Shown here: positions 59,699 through 64,000 of the stretch, piece after piece | How the letters are laid out: the number at the start of each line of letters is the position of its first letter | Numbering within the stretch: the stretch's first letter is position 1 | NCBI GenBank assembly: GCA_963808625.1 | Contig: CAWEHK010000023.1 | Span: 1 to 64,000 of the forward strand | Origin: an uncultured delta proteobacterium | GTDB lineage: Bacteria; Desulfobacterota; Syntrophobacteria; Syntrophobacterales; Syntrophobacteraceae | Direction: 5' to 3' | Length of the DNA: 64,000 bases | Notes under the pieces: generated by a model | What the model was told of the DNA's origin: nothing | Seen by the model: only the letters and a program-made list of their open reading frames with translations | Databases searched by the model: none | Program-made: the position numbers and the translations under genes

Positions 59699-60256
59699 CG
59701 GCCTATGAGGTTCACGGAGCACCTAGAAAACTTGCTCATCCGTGCCACCGGGTGAGCCCATAGCATTCATCTAATCCATGAATGTTTCATCTTACACCCA
59801 CATAAAATCAAGGGCAAAGGTCAGAAGGGGCCTCTATTCGGAAACAGATTTTGGCGGGAACGACCCACCGATCCTGCGGGGATTTAAAGTATGTCAAATT
59901 TTTGACTTCAATTGGCATAATGTGCTGATTGCAAATATGGGGTCGCCTGTTTCTCGAGGACATTTTCCCTTTGACAACGGTGTGTGGCTGCCTATACTGA
60001 ATTCGGCCGCTGTCTGAAGGAAGGCGGGCCGGAGAATCACGCGCTGCTTTCACCGTCAGAGCACATCCTCCAAAGTGAAATTTCTGTCGCCTCCTTTTCG
60101 ATTGCCTTGCATTGTCCATTCTTCTTTCTATCGTCCTTGCAGACTCTCCGGGAACGTTAAACCGGCTGTGAAAGGGGGTGATGGAGGGGAAATTCAATCA
60201 GGCAGGACTCGTTCGTTGGTACCCATTTGAATGAACATTGGTGGAAAGGAGCGAAG

Positions 60257-60643
60257 ATGAAGAGAATTTTAGCGGTATGCGTTGTGTTGATCATGGGCTT
60301 GCTGCTGGTTCACAATGTCTATGCGGCGGACAAGGACGCCATCAAGAAGCAAGTGGATGAGATTGTCGTCGCCATCGACGGAGGGAAGAAGGCTGACGAT
60401 TTCGCCGATGCAGCCAAAAAGGACCCCTACGTTTTCATTCTCGGAGCAAATGACATTCTTCTGGTTCACCCCTCTCTGGCCGGGCAAAACCTGAAAGAAA
60501 AGGCGGAGCCGATTTACGTTTCCGTGATCAAAGCCACGCCCGAGGGAGGGTGGGTTGAGTACGTATGGCAAGGCAAGCTAAAACACACTTATGTGAAAAA
60601 AACCAAGAGTAATCTGATCGTGGGAAGCGGTTATTCCGACTAG
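60257..60643 (+). CDS. Small exported stand-alone Cache-like domain protein
   Basis: Signal peptide ending VYA-A; YVFI...LLVHP.L.G.NL...GGWVEYVW..K.K.TYV...IVGSGY. Confidence 0.8.
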   Translation: MKRILAVCVVLIMGLLLVHNVYAADKDAIKKQVDEIVVAIDGGKKADDFADAAKKDPYVFILGANDILLVHPSLAGQNLKEKAEPIYVSVIKATPEGGWVEYVWQGKLKHTYVKKTKSNLIVGSGYSD

Positions 60644-61037
60644 CTTTCTTAACCGTGGCCTACGCCGTATGCGGGTTGGCAGGAGACCGGTTGAGTTGGA
60701 AAACACCGACGTCCGGCCCTTCCAGTATGTAGAGCTGAGGCTTCCCCCCGCACCTGTCACCTTCAATTTGTTGTTCATCGCTTATAATAGCTGACCGTCT
60801 GGCTGCTGCGGTTTCGGATCTGTCCGCCGGCGGAGTATGCGCTTGCAGTTTTGCTGTGCTGCTCCGCCAATCTTTTTACACAGGTTTGGTTAATCTTGGC
60901 GCGGTGCATCTCCCGGAGTGGTTCTCACCCTCCTCCGCAAAAGGCCTGTCGGCCTGTAAAAAAAACAAGCCACCCAAGGCCGAACAACCGCTTCCATACA
61001 GGTTACACGCATCAGCGGCCTCTGCCTGACTCCTAAG

Positions 61038-61189
61038 TACAACGCCGCATAAATAAGTGTCCGAAGTCGACGCGTCATTCCCGCGTGTTTCTGGCGGGAA
61101 TCCAGGCTGGGCAAATTCTCTGGATTCCCGCTAAGCGCATGCGGGAATGACGACCTGGGGTAATGGACATTCTCTTATGCCGAGCTGTA
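61038..61189. mobile_element. MITE-like element containing a GTCATTCCCGC REP (inverted copy of 36740-36888)
   Basis: TACAACGCCGCATAAATAAGTGTCC...GGACATTCTCTTATGCCGAGCTGTA. Confidence 0.7.
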
Positions 61190-61348
61190 ATAAGGTTAAG
61201 GATTTGAGATTCGCAACATTCTGCTACAATATTCATGCTAGGGTATTCTCTTGGGACCCGGAAGGTGTGTCCAATTGGGAAGCCAGGTTTGAGTGACAAA
61301 CGGGCAACCGGACAAGGGCCATCATCCCGCAGTGCAAAGGATCATTAC

Positions 61349-62602
61349 ATGGCGTCACGAAAGGGCATCATTGTTCTCATGGGTTCCGGAGAACTGACGG
61401 CAACCATGGTTGAAGTCCATAAAGAATTGCTGGCGCGGGTCCCTGCTCCGCCGCGCGCGGTTTTTCTCGATACGCCTGCGGGCTTCCAGCTCAACGTAGA
61501 CCAGTTGTCGCAGAAAGCCGTCGAGTATTTTCACGACCGTATCCAGCAACCCATGGCTGTCGCTTCGTTCAAGGCAAAGGAGGCGATCACGCCAGACGAA
61601 ACCGAGCGAGCCTTCCGCACCCTGCAGGACGCCAATTTTCTCCTTATTGGTCCCGGAAGTCCCACCTATGCGGTGCGCAACTGGCGGCAGACGCTCATTC
61701 CGGAACTCCTCACGAGAGCGATCGAGCGAGGTGGCTGCCTGATTGCGGCCAGCGCCGCCGCGCTTACGGTGGGAAGCTTTTCCCTTCCCGTCTATGAGAT
61801 CTATAAGGTGGGCGAGGACCTGCATTGGGTCGAAGGAGTGAACATCCTTGCCCATTTTGGCTTCAACCTCGCGGTGATTCCCCACTGGAACAATGCCGAA
61901 GGGGGTACGCACGATACGCGGTTCTGCTACATGGGGGAGGCGCGCTTCGAGAAACTCGAGGCCCTTTTGCCGGAAGACGTTGCCATTTTTGGCCTGGATG
62001 AACATACCGCATGTCTGATGGACCTCGAGACCGACGAGGCGGTGATCAAGGGCATCGGCCGGGTAACCCTGCGACAGCGCGGTTCCGAGATCACTTTCGA
62101 GAAGGGGGAGCGCTTTTCGCTGGATCTCCTGCGCGGTGACAAGACCCACAAGGCATGGAAGGCGATCACCCCGCAGGCCGCCCCGGTGGAGCTCCCTGCG
62201 GGTGTACGGCAGGAGTCTTTCTGGGACCGGATTCATGCGCTCGAGGCGGTCTTTCATGCCGGTTTCGAGCAATATGAACTGAAAACCATTACCAGCACCC
62301 TGCTGGAGCTGGATCGAACGATCTGGGAGGCCCATCAGGACCTTGAGAGTACGGAATTCATCTCCCAGGCGCGGGAGATATTGCGGGAGATGATCGTCCT
62401 GCTCGGGGTGAAACTGGACTCTGCTCCGCAGGATAAGACCGCATGCGTGGCCCCTCTCGTTGTGGAAATGATCGCGTTGCGGGAAAGATTCCGACAGGGG
62501 AAGAAGTGGCAGGAGGCCGATGCGGTTCGTGAAAGCCTGCAACGTGGGAACATCATTGTGGAAGACACCAAGGATGGTCCTCGCTGGCACGTGGGGTCTT
62601 GA
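61349..62602 (+). CDS. Cyanophycinase/peptidase S51-like domain fused to a CysRS-like C-terminal helical domain
   Basis: LMGSGE, GPGSP.Y, AASAAA, VIPHWNN and GLDEHT; C-terminal LRERFRQGKKWQEADAVRESL...IIVEDTKDGPRW. Confidence 0.8.
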   Translation: MASRKGIIVLMGSGELTATMVEVHKELLARVPAPPRAVFLDTPAGFQLNVDQLSQKAVEYFHDRIQQPMAVASFKAKEAITPDETERAFRTLQDANFLLIGPGSPTYAVRNWRQTLIPELLTRAIERGGCLIAASAAALTVGSFSLPVYEIYKVGEDLHWVEGVNILAHFGFNLAVIPHWNNAEGGTHDTRFCYMGEARFEKLEALLPEDVAIFGLDEHTACLMDLETDEAVIKGIGRVTLRQRGSEITFEKGERFSLDLLRGDKTHKAWKAITPQAAPVELPAGVRQESFWDRIHALEAVFHAGFEQYELKTITSTLLELDRTIWEAHQDLESTEFISQAREILREMIVLLGVKLDSAPQDKTACVAPLVVEMIALRERFRQGKKWQEADAVRESLQRGNIIVEDTKDGPRWHVGS

Positions 62603-62675
62603 GGGCCGGGAGCCGGGAACCAGCTCATCGCAATCTCCCTATGGTCTGATTCGGTTGTAACGGAGGGCTTCAAAC

Positions 62676-64000
62676 ATGATCTGTCATCCTGCCATGTCAG
62701 TCCTCTTTGTGGCTGATCATAGCGATGCACCCCTGAAGGCCCTGTTGACTTCCCTGCAATCCATCCGGCATGTCGCTCTCACCGTCGTCCCGGAAATGCC
62801 TCAGGATTTGGGCTCTTACGGCGTCGTTGTGACGGCAAACACCGGGGCTTTCGCTGCCGGCTACGATCGCCTGGTGCACTTTGTCCAGGCCGGCGGGGGG
62901 TGGTTGGCGCTGGTTCCCCTGGCGGAGAGGCCCCTTCCGGATCTCTTTGGGGCGCAACCAGCCCTGCCCGGACCGCTCGCAGAGTTGCGCGTTTTCTTTC
63001 AGAATGTCAGCTCTCCATTTACCGCGCGCTTACCCGAGGCTATTTATCTCCATAGCTGCTATCAGCCCCTGGAAAAGACCGCGGAAGACACGGAAATCGT
63101 CCTGGGTGCCGATTGGCACTACGGCAAGAGACCGGTTTTGGTCCAGCGGCAGGTGGGCAACGGGCGGGTCGCGTGCACTACCTTGCAGGCCTATGACCAT
63201 CCTGCTTTTCAGCGCATCCTCTACCGTCTGCTCTACCATTTATGCCGCCGATGCCTGGAAGAGCGGACCCTGCGCGTGGGGCTGCTCGGCTACGCGCCAT
63301 CAATCGGTCAAATCCATGGTGTGAGTGTCGAAGCTACTCCCGGTCTGGCTCTCCGTGCCGCCTGTGATTCGAACCCGGAACGACTCAGACAGGCGCAGCG
63401 GGATTTCCCCCACCTCAAGAGCTATCCCTCCGCCGACCTCCTTGCCGAGGATCGCGATGTGGAAGTGGTGATCGTCGCCACACCACCGAATACTCATGCC
63501 GGTCTCGCTCTTGAAATGATGGCCGCCGGCAAGCATGTGGTTTGTGAGAAGCCCCTGGCTTTGAACCTCAAGGAAACTACCGCGATGGCAGCTATGGCCG
63601 AAAGACAACGCGTCCATCTCGGTTGCCATCAAAACCGACGCTGGGATGTCGATTACCTCGCGATCAAACAGGCCCTCGCCGATGGGCTGATTGGTGATCT
63701 GTTCTACATGGAGACCTTTGTGGGTGGTTTCAGGCATCCCTGTGGCTACTGGCATTCGCACGCTCCCATTTGTGGGGGCACGAGCTATGACTGGGGGGCC
63801 CATTACCTTGACTGGATGGTAAGTCTCATGCCTGACCGGGTGACAGCGGTAATCGGTACACGCCACAACCGGATCTGGCACGATATTACGAACGCTGATC
63901 AGGAACGCATCCAACTGCGCTTTGCAGGAGGGCAGGAAGCGGAATTCATCCATTCCGATATCGCCGCCGTGTCCAAACCGAAGTGGTATCTGCTGGGTAC
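62676..64000 (+). CDS. GATase/ThuA-like domain fused to a Gfo/Idh/MocA oxidoreductase (runs off window)
   Basis: Not in the ORF track; open from ATG 62676: L..FVQAGGG, G.GRV, then VGLLGY...IVATPPNTH...GKHVVCEKP...HQNRRWD...DWGAHYLD. Confidence 0.87.
   Translation, partial: MICHPAMSVLFVADHSDAPLKALLTSLQSIRHVALTVVPEMPQDLGSYGVVVTANTGAFAAGYDRLVHFVQAGGGWLALVPLAERPLPDLFGAQPALPGPLAELRVFFQNVSSPFTARLPEAIYLHSCYQPLEKTAEDTEIVLGADWHYGKRPVLVQRQVGNGRVACTTLQAYDHPAFQRILYRLLYHLCRRCLEERTLRVGLLGYAPSIGQIHGVSVEATPGLALRAACDSNPERLRQAQRDFPHLKSYPSADLLAEDRDVEVVIVATPPNTHAGLALEMMAAGKHVVCEKPLALNLKETTAMAAMAERQRVHLGCHQNRRWDVDYLAIKQALADGLIGDLFYMETFVGGFRHPCGYWHSHAPICGGTSYDWGAHYLDWMVSLMPDRVTAVIGTRHNRIWHDITNADQERIQLRFAGGQEAEFIHSDIAAVSKPKWYLLG

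Noticed and set aside
60644..61037. Possible ncRNA or small ORFs after the Cache gene
   Set aside because: No recognisable 6S, SRP or riboswitch features and no protein motif that I can support.

Overview
About 58% GC by eye. Gene content (iron-ADH, acyl-CoA ligase, minimal PTS, CheB/CheR, GEMM-type riboswitch, dense REP/MITE repeats) suggests a Desulfobacterota chromosome, probably Syntrophobacteraceae-like; this is inference. From left to right: (1) a minus-strand operon of a small GxxxG membrane protein, an HMA2-like protein, a 22-residue amphipathic-repeat protein, an HMA2-capped P2-type ATPase and a MetK paralogue that has lost its methionine-binding residues. This is the best candidate for an undescribed, ferrosome-reminiscent system. 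(2) PhoA with a PHO-box-like repeat, and an ADP-forming acyl-CoA ligase. (3) A KamA + ATP-grasp + ATP-grasp/GNAT cluster of unknown product. (4) ptsH-ptsI-smpB. (5) An ECF sigma / CBM48 anti-sigma module. (6) A surface-polysaccharide cluster containing sqdB. (7) A Cys-less PurF homologue and orphan E1 alpha/beta genes followed by a GalT-like gene. (8) A class III cyclase-AAA-TPR gene below a degenerate GEMM-I riboswitch, a terminator and a second unassigned structured RNA. (9) An iron-ADH, a truncated IS66, CheBR plus a PAS kinase, an MFS transporter, a cyanophycinase-CysRS-tail fusion and a partial Gfo/Idh/MocA fusion. About ten 1-2 nt frameshifts in otherwise intact genes point to assembly indel errors. 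No rRNA, tRNA or CRISPR array was seen. All family calls are by eye from motifs.
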